From: Candidatus Saccharimonadota bacterium | GTDB taxonomy: Bacteria; Pseudomonadota; Alphaproteobacteria; Rickettsiales; Anaplasmataceae | Assembly: GCA_029715105.1 (NCBI GenBank) | Contig: CP085695.1 | Location: 270,001-302,000, forward strand | Direction: 5' to 3' | Length of the DNA: 32,000 bases | In this document: in pieces, positions 11,000 through 20,631 of the stretch | Layout: the number at the start of each line of letters is the position of its first letter | How positions within the stretch are numbered: position 1 is the first letter of the stretch | Made by a program: the position numbers and the translations under genes | Notes under the pieces: model-generated | Told to the model about the DNA's origin: nothing | What the model saw: only the letters and a program-made list of their open reading frames with translations | Databases searched by the model: none

Positions 11000-13678
11000 A
11001 TGATTATGCTGAGTTTAGATTGTTTTTATAGCGATAATGCTGAGTTTATAGAGGAAATGTATAATCGTTATTTACAAAACGATAAGTCAATTGGAAGAGA
11101 TTGGCATAGAATATTTTCAGAAAATTTAGAAGTGAGTCAGATGAAATGTTATAATAACATACGGGACGTAATTAAGGATAGAAATTTAGATTCTACTAAA
11201 CTAGTAAGTCTTTTTAGACTTTATGGTCATTTTTTTGCAAATCTTAATCCATTGTCGTCTTATGTGAACGAAGAAATAAATTTTCAGAAGTATTCTGGTT
11301 TTTCTTCAAAGTGTGACACTGGGATATATAGGAATATTTATTGTAAGGATATTGGTTTTGAATTTATGCATATTTCTTCCTATGAAGAGAGAGAGTGGTT
11401 ACAGGAAAAAATTGAAAATCAAGCTTATACTTTAAGTTCTCAGCGCAAAAAGGAAATATTTGAATGTTTAATTGAATCTGAGATGTTTGAGCAGTTTCTT
11501 CATATAAAGTTTCCTGGATATAAACGTTTTTCTATTGAAGGAAGTGAGTCAGTTATTATTGCAATTGAAAAAATTATTAGTGACTCTGTAGTTTTTGGCG
11601 TTGAAGAAGTGGTTCTTGGTATGACTCATCGTGGACGACTTAGTGTTTTAGCTAAGGTTATGGGAAAAGAATATGCAGAAATATTATCTGAATTTCAGGA
11701 TAATATTGTATATTCAAGAGATCTTGGGATATCTGGCGATGTTAAATATCATCTCGGTTATTCTTCTGATAGAGTACTTACTAATGGTAAGAAAATACAT
11801 TTGAGTTTGTGTTATAATCCGTCTCATCTTGAAGCTATAACACCAGTTTTACTTGGAAGAGTAAGAGCAAAGCAAAATACAAAATCTGTACTTGGAATAT
11901 CGATTCATGGTGATGCAGCTCTAACTGGTCAAGGTGTATTTGCTGAAACTCTGATGTTAGGTAACATTGATGGTTATAAGGTGAATGGGGTTATACATAT
12001 TGTTATTAATAACCAAATTGGTTTTACTACAGCATCACATCGTACACGATCATCTTTTTATTGTACTGATATAATTAAATCTATAGAATCTCCAGTATTT
12101 CACGTTAATGGTGATGATCCTGAAGCTGTGAGTTTTGTCGCAAGTTTGGCGATGGAATATAGGCAAAAATTTCAAAAAGACGTGATGATTGATATAATAT
12201 GTTATCGTAGATATGGTCATAACGAAGGAGACGAACCAAGTTTTACTCAGCCGATTATGTATAAAACAATATCGAAACATAGAACTTTAGGGGAGTTGTA
12301 TGAGATGAAATTAGTTTTAGAAAAAGTGTTGAGTATTGATGAAGTAAATAAGTTACGTAGTGAATTTAAGATAAAATTAAATGAAAGTTTTATTAAATCA
12401 GTAGCTTATATCGTTAAAAAACCAGATTGGTTTTATGGTGTTTGGTCGAAGTTTAGAAGAGCAAAATTGAATGATTTAAGTGAATATTACACGTATTCTG
12501 GTGTTGAATTAGATAAGTTAAAAAGACTTGGTATACAAATAAATAGTAATATTCCTAATAATTTTAATATTAATCATAAAGTTAAAAAAATTCTTGATAG
12601 AAGAATGTGCAGTATAAGTTCTGGTCACAATATAGATTGGGCTACAGCTGAAAGTCTTGCATTTGCATCCTTACTTATGGAAGGAGTGAGAGTCCGTTTA
12701 TCTGGACAAGATTCTGGACGTGGTACTTTTTCGCATCGTCATTTAAAGATTGTTGATCAAATGACAGAAGAAATATTTGTTCCATTGAATAATATAGATG
12801 AAAATCAGGCTCGTTTTGATATCATAGATAGTGCTTTATCTGAATATGCTGCGATGGGCTTTGAGTATGGATATAGTCTTGACTCTCCGCACTCACTTAT
12901 ATTATGGGAAGGACAATTTGGTGATTTTGCAAATGGTGCGCAAATAGTGATTGATCAATTTATTGTATCTTCAGAAACAAAGTGGCTGCGGTCAAGCGGT
13001 TTGGTTTTATTATTACCTCATGGTTACGAGGGACAAGGACCAGAACACAGTTCTGCACGTATAGAAAGGTTTTTACAACTTTGCGCAGAAGACAATATTC
13101 AAGTAGTTAACTGTTCTACTCCAGCAAATTATTTTCATGTTTTACGTCGGCAAATTCATCGTGATTTTCGTAAACCCTTAATAGTATTTACACCTAAATC
13201 ATTGTTACGTCATAAGAAAGTAATTTCTAATTTATCTGATTTTAATGGGGAATTTCTCGCATTAATTCCAGAACATAGAATAGATTTAGTTTCAGATGAT
13301 AAAATACGTAAAGTAATAATATGTAGCGGTAAAATTTATTTCGATATAATCGAAGCATGTGAACAAAAAAAAATAAACGATATAGCAGTAATACGTTTAG
13401 AGCAGTTTTATCCATTTCCTACTGACAAATTAAGTACTGAGCTTAAAAAGTATAAAAATGCTAGGGTTATATGGTGCCAGGAAGAACCAAAAAATATGGG
13501 GGGGTGGTTTTTCGTTAATCCATTGATAGGTGATATATTATCTAATTTTGATATTCAGATGAAAAGAGATTATGGATGTATTGCAAGGCCTGCTGCTGCA
13601 TCTCCTGCATGTGGATATACTAGTATTCATAATCAACAGCAAGAAGAAATTTTAAAGCAGGTTATACAGTATATTTAA
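11000..13678 (+). CDS. sucA: 2-oxoglutarate dehydrogenase E1 component
   Basis: 892 aa with N-terminus NAEFIEEMYNRYL and ThDP-region motifs HGDAALTGQGV and RYGHNEGDEP. No sucB follows it. ATG 11006 is an alternative start. Confidence 0.95.
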   Translation: MIMLSLDCFYSDNAEFIEEMYNRYLQNDKSIGRDWHRIFSENLEVSQMKCYNNIRDVIKDRNLDSTKLVSLFRLYGHFFANLNPLSSYVNEEINFQKYSGFSSKCDTGIYRNIYCKDIGFEFMHISSYEEREWLQEKIENQAYTLSSQRKKEIFECLIESEMFEQFLHIKFPGYKRFSIEGSESVIIAIEKIISDSVVFGVEEVVLGMTHRGRLSVLAKVMGKEYAEILSEFQDNIVYSRDLGISGDVKYHLGYSSDRVLTNGKKIHLSLCYNPSHLEAITPVLLGRVRAKQNTKSVLGISIHGDAALTGQGVFAETLMLGNIDGYKVNGVIHIVINNQIGFTTASHRTRSSFYCTDIIKSIESPVFHVNGDDPEAVSFVASLAMEYRQKFQKDVMIDIICYRRYGHNEGDEPSFTQPIMYKTISKHRTLGELYEMKLVLEKVLSIDEVNKLRSEFKIKLNESFIKSVAYIVKKPDWFYGVWSKFRRAKLNDLSEYYTYSGVELDKLKRLGIQINSNIPNNFNINHKVKKILDRRMCSISSGHNIDWATAESLAFASLLMEGVRVRLSGQDSGRGTFSHRHLKIVDQMTEEIFVPLNNIDENQARFDIIDSALSEYAAMGFEYGYSLDSPHSLILWEGQFGDFANGAQIVIDQFIVSSETKWLRSSGLVLLLPHGYEGQGPEHSSARIERFLQLCAEDNIQVVNCSTPANYFHVLRRQIHRDFRKPLIVFTPKSLLRHKKVISNLSDFNGEFLALIPEHRIDLVSDDKIRKVIICSGKIYFDIIEACEQKKINDIAVIRLEQFYPFPTDKLSTELKKYKNARVIWCQEEPKNMGGWFFVNPLIGDILSNFDIQMKRDYGCIARPAAASPACGYTSIHNQQQEEILKQVIQYI

Positions 13679-13774
13679 AAATAATATTATTTGCTTTTGA
13701 TAACTTTCATTTATTTTATATAAAGATTTTATCTTATAAAATATATTAGTATTATGCACTATTGTTAATTTAAA

Positions 13775-13803
13775 AAACTTATTAGAACAATAAGTTTATT
13801 TTT
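13775..13803 (+). terminator. weak intrinsic-terminator-like hairpin downstream of sucA
   Basis: Perfect 9-bp stem AAACTTATT/AATAAGTTT with a 5-nt loop (13775-13797), followed by ATTTTT. The stem is almost all A/T, so stability is low. Confidence 0.3.
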
Positions 13804-14168
13804 AATAGGGGGGAATACTAAAAACCTATTAGCCTTAGTAATTTTAAATATTCTTTTTCTCTTATTCAGGTAATATTCATCTTATGGTTTGTATTATTAA
13901 GGGATTTATTAAAAAATTTTTTAAATTATTTTATTTTTTAATTTAATAAAATTATTATAATAGTTTTATATATATTAGTATCAACTAATTTGCCTTGATA
14001 ATATAAAATATTATAATTATGTATTTACAGTAGTTTGTTTTGTGAAGTTAATAGTAGTGATACGGAATAATTTATTTTAAGGTCTGATATAAATAATGTA
14101 TAATATTTTAGGAAAATTTTTATATAGTTTTATTTGAAAGGGATTTTTATAAATAGAATTATACAATT

Positions 14169-15062
14169 TTGCTCGTGGAAGAACAAAGGTGCTTATTTGT
14201 TACAATAACTGGTTTACCAAATGCTGGAAAATCTACTTTGATCAATAGTATTGTAGGTGAAAAGATTGCGATTGTTACTTCTAAAATGCATACAACTAGG
14301 ACAAAAATAAATGGTATTATAGTACGTGGTAATACACAAATTGTTTTTCTTGATTCTCCCGGTATATTACCTTCTACAAAAACAAAACTAGAAAAAATTT
14401 TAGTTAAATCTGCATGGTCAGCAATTAATAGTGGTGATATTACTTTATTGCTAATTGATGTTAGTAATTATTTAATAAATATAGAGAAAATTAAAATCTT
14501 GTTTACAAGATTGCGATACATAAGGCAAAAATGCATTTTAGTTATTAACAAAATTGATCTTATAGGGAAAATTGAATTAAAAATCGCGTATAAGCATTTA
14601 GATATTATTTATAAGTTTAAAAAGATTTTTGCGATATCAGCACTAAGAAATGATGGACTTTCTGATTTAATAAATTACTTATGTAGGGTTGCTCCGGTAA
14701 ATTCTTGGTTTTTTGACAAAGATCAAATAACTGATTCTTCGAAGAATTTTTTATCATCTGAGATTACTAGGGAAAAATTATTTTTTAATTTACGTGAAGA
14801 ATTACCATATTCTATAACTGTTGCGACTGAGAGAATTCAAAAGGATAAAGATGGGAGTTTAATTATAAAACAGATTATCTTTGTTCTAAGGGAAAATCAT
14901 AAAAAAATAGTGTTGGGAAAAGATGGCAATAATATTAAAAAGGTTGGTATTGATGCACGTGTAGAATTAGGAAAGTTATTTAAATGTAAAGTTCATTTGT
15001 TTTTATTCGTAAAAGTGAGAAATTGGGTTGATTATCCGGAAAGGTATATAGGCAATGTTTAA
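14169..15062 (+). CDS. era: GTPase Era
   Basis: 297 aa with G1 GLPNAGKST, G3 DSPG and G4 NKID motifs plus a C-terminal KH-like region. The start is TTG 14169 as in the track, with GTG 14175 possible. Confidence 0.92.
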   Translation: MLVEEQRCLFVTITGLPNAGKSTLINSIVGEKIAIVTSKMHTTRTKINGIIVRGNTQIVFLDSPGILPSTKTKLEKILVKSAWSAINSGDITLLLIDVSNYLINIEKIKILFTRLRYIRQKCILVINKIDLIGKIELKIAYKHLDIIYKFKKIFAISALRNDGLSDLINYLCRVAPVNSWFFDKDQITDSSKNFLSSEITREKLFFNLREELPYSITVATERIQKDKDGSLIIKQIIFVLRENHKKIVLGKDGNNIKKVGIDARVELGKLFKCKVHLFLFVKVRNWVDYPERYIGNV

Positions 15063-15867
15063 TTCTTTATTAGTATTTGATATCGAAACTATACCAGATT
15101 TAAAATCTGGTAAAGATTTACTCAATGTTTATGGTAATATTTCGGAAAATAAAAAAGATGCATTGAAATGTAGTTTTGGTATAACAAATGGGCAAAATCT
15201 TTTTCTCCGTCAACTTTTTCATAAAATTATAGTTATAGGTTTTTTGTTTTGTGATATAAGTTGTAAAAATGGATATGAGGTATTTACATTACAGGAAATT
15301 AAGTCTGACAGTATATTGGACATTAATGAAAAAGAATTAGTAAAAGGATTTTTCGATTGTATATCAAAAAAAAGACCGAGGTTAGTTTCATTCAATGGAC
15401 GAGCTTTTGATATACCAGTACTAAAATACCGTGCTATAATTTATGGTGTTCGGGGAGAGCATTTTTACAAAGCTGGTGATAAATGGAATAATTATAATCA
15501 AAGATATAGTAGTGATTGGCATTGTGATTTACTTGAATCTCTTTCTGATTTTGGTGCTTCTACGAGAGTAAAAATGAATGAGGTTTGTGCGGTATTTGAT
15601 CTTCCCGGCAAAATCGATGTTGATGGATCGCAAGTTATAGATCTATATAATAGTGGTAGAGTACGGGAGATTAGAGAATATTGTGAAATAGATGTAGTTA
15701 ACACTTATTTGATCTATTTAAAGCTTGTCCATTTTCAGGGAAAAATTTCAACTGAAAGTTATAATAAAAATATAGAGGAGTTGCTTTTAAAATGCGAAAA
15801 AAAAACATATTTAAAAAAGTTTAAAGAAGAATGGAAAATAATTTGTGGAGGAAAGTTTTACATTTAA
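15055..15867 (+). CDS. predicted DEDDy 3'-5' exonuclease, PolB exonuclease-domain-like (uncharacterised family)
   Basis: 270 aa. Exo I is LVFDIETIP, Exo II is FNGRAFDIPVL and Exo III is YCEIDVVNTY. The ATG overlaps the era stop by 8 nt. Confidence 0.75.
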   Translation: MFNSLLVFDIETIPDLKSGKDLLNVYGNISENKKDALKCSFGITNGQNLFLRQLFHKIIVIGFLFCDISCKNGYEVFTLQEIKSDSILDINEKELVKGFFDCISKKRPRLVSFNGRAFDIPVLKYRAIIYGVRGEHFYKAGDKWNNYNQRYSSDWHCDLLESLSDFGASTRVKMNEVCAVFDLPGKIDVDGSQVIDLYNSGRVREIREYCEIDVVNTYLIYLKLVHFQGKISTESYNKNIEELLLKCEKKTYLKKFKEEWKIICGGKFYI

Positions 15868-16019
15868 GATATTAAATGGTAATCTAAAAAAGAAGATTAA
15901 TTTGCTAGAGTTTAAGGCGCCTGAGCTGGATTATATAATAAAGTAAAAAGTTTAAGGTTAAAAATTTTTATGTAAAGATATAAGGTTTTGTTATGTTTTA
16001 ATAACATGATTTATTTTTT

Positions 16020-16043
16020 AACTTTGTTTTATAAAACAAAGTT
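16020..16043. terminator. 24-bp perfect palindrome, possible terminator for the era/exonuclease unit
   Basis: AACTTTGTTTTA|TAAAACAAAGTT is a perfect palindrome lying 150 bp downstream of the exonuclease stop. It is AT-rich and has no strong T-run. Confidence 0.3.
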
Positions 16044-16310
16044 TGTTTGGGATTTGCATATTTTAAATATTTTTGTTAATTTTTAAGATAGATTAATTAA
16101 AAGAATTTTGATCAATTTGTTTTATAGAATTTTTCGACGAGATAGTTTGTGTGTTATTTTATATTATTTTAAAAATGATCAACTCTCGTCTAGAAATGTA
16201 GAAGTATACAAACAAGATAAAATATATTTTGAAATGTAGTGTTTTTGTATGATGAAAGGTAAAGTGTTGTTTTTTATTTTATAAATTAAGAATGTAAGTA
16301 ACATAATTAG

Positions 16311-16384
16311 TGGGACTAGTGCGATTCGAACGCACGACCCCTGGATTAGGAATCCAATGCTCTATCCTACTGAGCTATAGTCCC
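16311..16384 (-). tRNA. tRNA-Arg (anticodon CCU)
   Basis: The reverse complement folds as a 74-nt cloverleaf. Acceptor GGGACTA pairs with TAGTCCC, the anticodon loop is TTCCTAA, and the T-loop is GTTCGAATC. CCA is not encoded. Confidence 0.92.
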
Positions 16385-16916
16385 ATTTTATATTTTGTTA
16401 ATTACAATTGTGTAAATAATATAACAAAGAATTTTATACTTTTCTAATTTCACGTTTTATTGATTTATTGTAATATTACAAGGTAATAATTAAAGTTTTT
16501 ATATATATTAAAAAAAGACAAGATATCTTATTAATCCGTAGTTATTATAATTTATTATAATAATAAATTTAAAAGTAATAATGATTTTTAAAATACAAAA
16601 AGGAAAGTTTCATGTGTTTATTCTGGATTATTTTTATAAATGTTAAATGAAATTGTGATTTACGAAATAGATAGTAATATAATGTAAAACTTTTAAAAGT
16701 GAATGTTTACCATTTTGTAGTGTAGATTTATTTTATGTATATAGGAAGTCAGAAAAATTCTGGGTCTAATTTTAAATTAGTGACATTAGTGAGATTTTAG
16801 TAAGTTTTATTTTTATTTATGAGAAATTGGCTAGTCAATTTAATAGTGTGTTTTAAATTTGATTTATTTAATTATGTTTGGAAAAATTAAAAATTTTTAT
16901 CTTCTTTTGGACAAGA

Positions 16917-16925
16917 TGATATAAT
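16917..16925 (+). promoter_or_regulatory. candidate extended -10 promoter element upstream of tatA
   Basis: TGATATAAT matches the TGnTATAAT consensus and lies 67 nt upstream of the tatA ATG. No good -35 element is present. Confidence 0.3.
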
Positions 16926-16991
16926 TTGTATATTAATTACTTGATTAAATCAAGTCTACTTTCTAAGTTTTAATGTTTAATGGAGGTGAAA

Positions 16992-17159
16992 ATGAGTTTA
17001 GGGCCGTGGCAGTTATTTCTAGTTTTGATAATAATACTTGTTTTGTTTGGTGCAGGCAGGTTACCTCAAGTTATGAGTGATTTGGGAAAGGGTATAAGAA
17101 ATCTCAAACAAGAACTTAAGGATTCAGAAAAATTATCATCTAATGAACCTGATCGTTAA
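16992..17159 (+). CDS. tatA: twin-arginine translocase subunit TatA/E
   Basis: 55-aa ORF missing from the ORF track: MSLGPWQLFLVLIIILVLFGAGRLPQVMSDLGKGIRNLKQELKDSEKLSSNEPDR. It has the canonical TatA TM helix, hinge and amphipathic helix. A GGAGG Shine-Dalgarno sequence sits at 16983-16987. Confidence 0.88.
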   Translation: MSLGPWQLFLVLIIILVLFGAGRLPQVMSDLGKGIRNLKQELKDSEKLSSNEPDR

Positions 17160-17179
17160 TGTGTATTTGTTTAGCTTTG

Positions 17180-17214
17180 CGGTACACGTTTTGCGTATCG
17201 CTTGGCTTTTTTTA
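17180..17214 (+). terminator. candidate intrinsic terminator after tatA
   Basis: Stem GCGGTAC/GTATCGC (7 bp including one G-U pair) with a 9-nt loop, followed by TTGGC and T7 (17208-17214). Confidence 0.4.
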
Positions 17215-17300
17215 AGATAGAAAAGAGAGAAATTAATAAAGAATATTGAAATATTTCGATAATTGTGCTAATAAGGGGGGGATTGTTTATTGGGAGAGTG

Positions 17301-17939
17301 ATGCAAGAAAGTGAGAAGTTGACTTCTGACCTTTTGAAGGAGATCGCACATACTGAGAGTTACGGTGATGAGAAGATAACGTTATTTGATATAAAAGCAG
17401 CTTTGCATGAGCGTGGTTTTGGTATTTTAATAATTATTTTTTCTTTACCGTTGTCAGTACCTATACCTGTTCCGCCAGGTTATACAACTATATTTTCTAT
17501 ACCTCTGATCTTGCTTTCATTGCAATTTCTTCTTGGGTTTAATTCTCCTTGGATGCCTTGTTGGTTAGAAAAAAGATCTTTTCAACGTTCAACGTTGGCT
17601 TTTGTTGTAGAAAAAACTTTTTCTTCTTTTAAAAGGATAGAAAGTTTTATGAAACCAAGGATGTTTTTTATTTTCTGTAGGTTAGGTGAAAAAATTTTAG
17701 CATTTATAATGTTACTTTGTGCATTATCGATAGCAATTCCCTTACCATTAACTAATTTTATTCCGGCTATAGGTACGATTCTTATTTCACTTGGCATTGT
17801 GAATAGGGATGGATTCCTTTCTATACTAGGGGTTTTGATATCTTTATGCGGGTTATTACTTACTGTTATTGTAATTGTCAAGGGACCACAACTTTTGTTT
17901 GGAGCGTTTTCTTTTTTAAAAAGTTTTATATATGGTTAA
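17301..17939 (+). CDS. ExoD-family (exopolysaccharide synthesis ExoD-like) inner-membrane protein
   Basis: The family-typical N-terminal region is LFDIKAALHERGFGILIIIFSLPLSVPIPVPPGYTTIFSIPLILLSLQFLLG..PWMP, followed by further TM segments. I prefer ATG 17301, which is preceded by GGGAGAG, over the track's GTG 17265. Confidence 0.7.
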   Translation: MQESEKLTSDLLKEIAHTESYGDEKITLFDIKAALHERGFGILIIIFSLPLSVPIPVPPGYTTIFSIPLILLSLQFLLGFNSPWMPCWLEKRSFQRSTLAFVVEKTFSSFKRIESFMKPRMFFIFCRLGEKILAFIMLLCALSIAIPLPLTNFIPAIGTILISLGIVNRDGFLSILGVLISLCGLLLTVIVIVKGPQLLFGAFSFLKSFIYG

Positions 17940-19304
17940 GCTCTATAATACTTTAACAAAAAAAAAGAGTTTTTTATACCGTTTGATAAAAATCATGTAA
18001 GAATGTATGTTTGCGGACCAACGGTATACGATATGGTGCATATGGGTAATGCACGTTCTGTTGTTATTTATGATGTATTATTTCGGTTACTTAGATTTTG
18101 TTATAGTAATGTTACTTATGTGCGTAATATAACTGATATTGATGATAAGATAATTAATGTAGCGAATGAGAGGAATATTAGCGTAGAGAGTATTAGTGCT
18201 TTTTATACTAAAATCTTTCATGAAGATATGAAAAGTATAAATTGTATAGAGCCAACTTATGAACCAAAGGCGACTGAAAATATAAATTATATTATTGAGT
18301 TAATTGGATATTTGTTACAATCTGGTCATGCTTATGAATCTAATAAACATATATATTTTAGTATAGAATCTTATTCTGAATATGGTATATTATCTGGAAA
18401 AAAAGTTAGTGAATTGGATTATGGTAAAAGAGTTAAAATCGATGAAAATAAAAGACATCCAGGGGATTTTATATTATGGAAGCCTGCAAATGATATTGAT
18501 TATAAACTTTTAAGTTATTGGGATAGCCCATGGGGAAAAGGAAGACCAGGATGGCATATAGAATGTTCAGCGATGTCATATGCTTATCTTGGTCAGGAAT
18601 TTGATATTCATGGTGGTGGCGTAGATTTGCAATTTCCACATCATGAGAATGAAATTGCACAAAGTAGATCTGCATTCGTTGGATCAATGTTTGCAAAATA
18701 TTGGGTACATAATGGTTTTCTTATGATGAATAAAGAAAAAATGAGTAAATCTTTATTAAATGTAGTTAGAGTAAGAGATTTACTTCATGGTGGAATTAAA
18801 GGTGAAGTGATACGTTATGCATTGCTCAAAACTCATTACAGAAAACCACTTGATTGGACTAGGAGTATTATCTCTGAATCGCGAGAAACTTTAAATAAGT
18901 TTTATCGATTATTACGTGATGTTGATACAGTGAATATTGAAAGAAGCGATGTGGAAGTTTTAAAAGATTTTATAGATGCTTTGAAAAACGATTTAAATAT
19001 TCCTGAAGCTTCAATTGTGTTACATGAAATGGTAACAAAAATTAATGGGACAGGTAATAAAAATGATAAACTTAAGTTAATTAAGAGTTTTATTAAGAGT
19101 GCGAGACTTATTGGTTTTTTAGAATCGAATTATCAAGATTGGTTTATTTCTAATATAAGTTATCAAAAAATAGAAAATTTAATAAATTTAAGAAGAATAG
19201 CAAGACAAAATAAAGATTATGATATTGCTGATAAAATAAGAGAACAGTTAAAACGAATGGGAATTTCTATTTCTGATAGTAAAGATGATACGACAATTTG
19301 TTAA
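17932..19304 (+). CDS. cysS: cysteine--tRNA ligase, with its 5' end in a different frame from the body (frameshift at an A9 tract)
   Basis: The track ORF 18003..19304 carries HMGN (HIGH-like), WHIECS and KMSKS motifs. The conserved N-terminus [12 protein letters not shown] is encoded from ATG 17932 in another frame. The two frames meet at A9 (17958-17966), and a -1 shift gives [34 protein letters not shown], residue-for-residue collinear with E. coli CysRS. Confidence 0.85.
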
Positions 19305-19311
19305 TTTATAT

Positions 19312-19731
19312 ATGGAAAATTATTTTTTATTATTTACGGATAGTTTGATGTCATCGCTTATTTTACCTGTGTATCAGGGTTTTGTGTTTCGTACTATGTT
19401 GTATTTTAGGCTGTATTATAATCCATTGCTTATATTATTTTTTGGAATATTTGGATCAAGTCTTGGTGGGGTAATAAATTGGTATTTAGGTAAAATGACG
19501 ATTTTTGTTAGAAAATTATTTCATAAAATGAGTAACGAATATAAAACACCTAAAATTGTTACAAATTTATTAATTTGTGCAGTTGTATTGTTTTTTTCAT
19601 GGGTACCAGTGTTTGGAAGTGTAATTCAAATACTATCAGGTTATTTTAGATCAAATTTTAGAGTTTTCGCTTTGCTAACTATTTTATCTAATTTTTTTCA
19701 TTTATTGTATCTTATTATTACTATTTGTTAA
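19312..19731 (+). CDS. YqaA-family (SNARE-associated/DedA-like) membrane protein
   Basis: Collinear with E. coli YqaA: FTDSLMSSLILPV, GSSLGGVINWYLGK and FFSWVPVFGSVIQILSGYFR. I prefer ATG 19312 over the track start 19285. Confidence 0.78.
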   Translation: MENYFLLFTDSLMSSLILPVYQGFVFRTMLYFRLYYNPLLILFFGIFGSSLGGVINWYLGKMTIFVRKLFHKMSNEYKTPKIVTNLLICAVVLFFSWVPVFGSVIQILSGYFRSNFRVFALLTILSNFFHLLYLIITIC

Positions 19732-20631
19732 GAGATTTGTTTTTAACGAATTTTATTAAAATTTTTGTCTAGAGATGCTTCAATGTGATTGATTTGTAAT
19801 TGATTAATATTTTGAGAATTTTCTTTTGATTTACATTTTACAATATTTTGTATGATATAATTATCAGCTTGTGAAAGTTATTCGAGTTTTAATTTTTGCA
19901 ATAAAATTAAAGGTTATACAGATGTTTTATTATGGTATTTAAAAATATTTAAATAATGTGGTAAAATTTTAATTAGATTCCTTAATTTTTGTGTTTTATT
20001 TTATAAGTTTGTAGTTGTTTATATTTTTGTAGTTTTATATTAAAAATACATTTAAACAAATATCATAAGTGTAAAATTTTACTTATTAATTGTTATGAAT
20101 ATATTAAGGTTGTATCGAAATTGAAAATTTTGAAAATTATTAATTTTTAAAAAATTTATGCTTTATAGTTTTATATATCATGATATTTAAAGGATTTAGT
20201 AGAGAATTTAATAAAAATATGTGTAGAAGGAGAGAAGTGGATGCAAATGCTTTATAAAATTATAAAAATATAGTTTTGAAGGATCAGTGTTAAAATATTT
20301 ATTGTATTTGTAGTAAAGAAGAAGTCTGAAGAAAGTTTTATTAAATATGAAGATTGTAAGGTTATGTGAAAATTTTAGGATATAGAATTTAGTTTTGTAT
20401 TAGGATAAAATGTTGTTAGGTTTTAATATAAAAATTAAGTAATTTTTTAATATTTTGTGCTGTTATATTATGATAACTTTGCGTTACATTTCTGATATTG
20501 ATTTTATTTAAATTTTATTTTTAAAAGAAGAGTCAAATTATAAATAGGTTTTGGATTGTTAAGAATAAATAAATTCCTTTATCTAGGAACAAAGTTTTGT
20601 TATCCTCGCATTTTATAGCAATATAGAATTG

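Noticed and set aside
15915-15935. GC-rich patch AAGGCGCCTGAGCTGGATT resembling the 5' part of a tRNA.
   Set aside because: It has no D-arm, anticodon or T-arm continuation and does not fold as a cloverleaf. It is likely chance or an unrecognisable relic.
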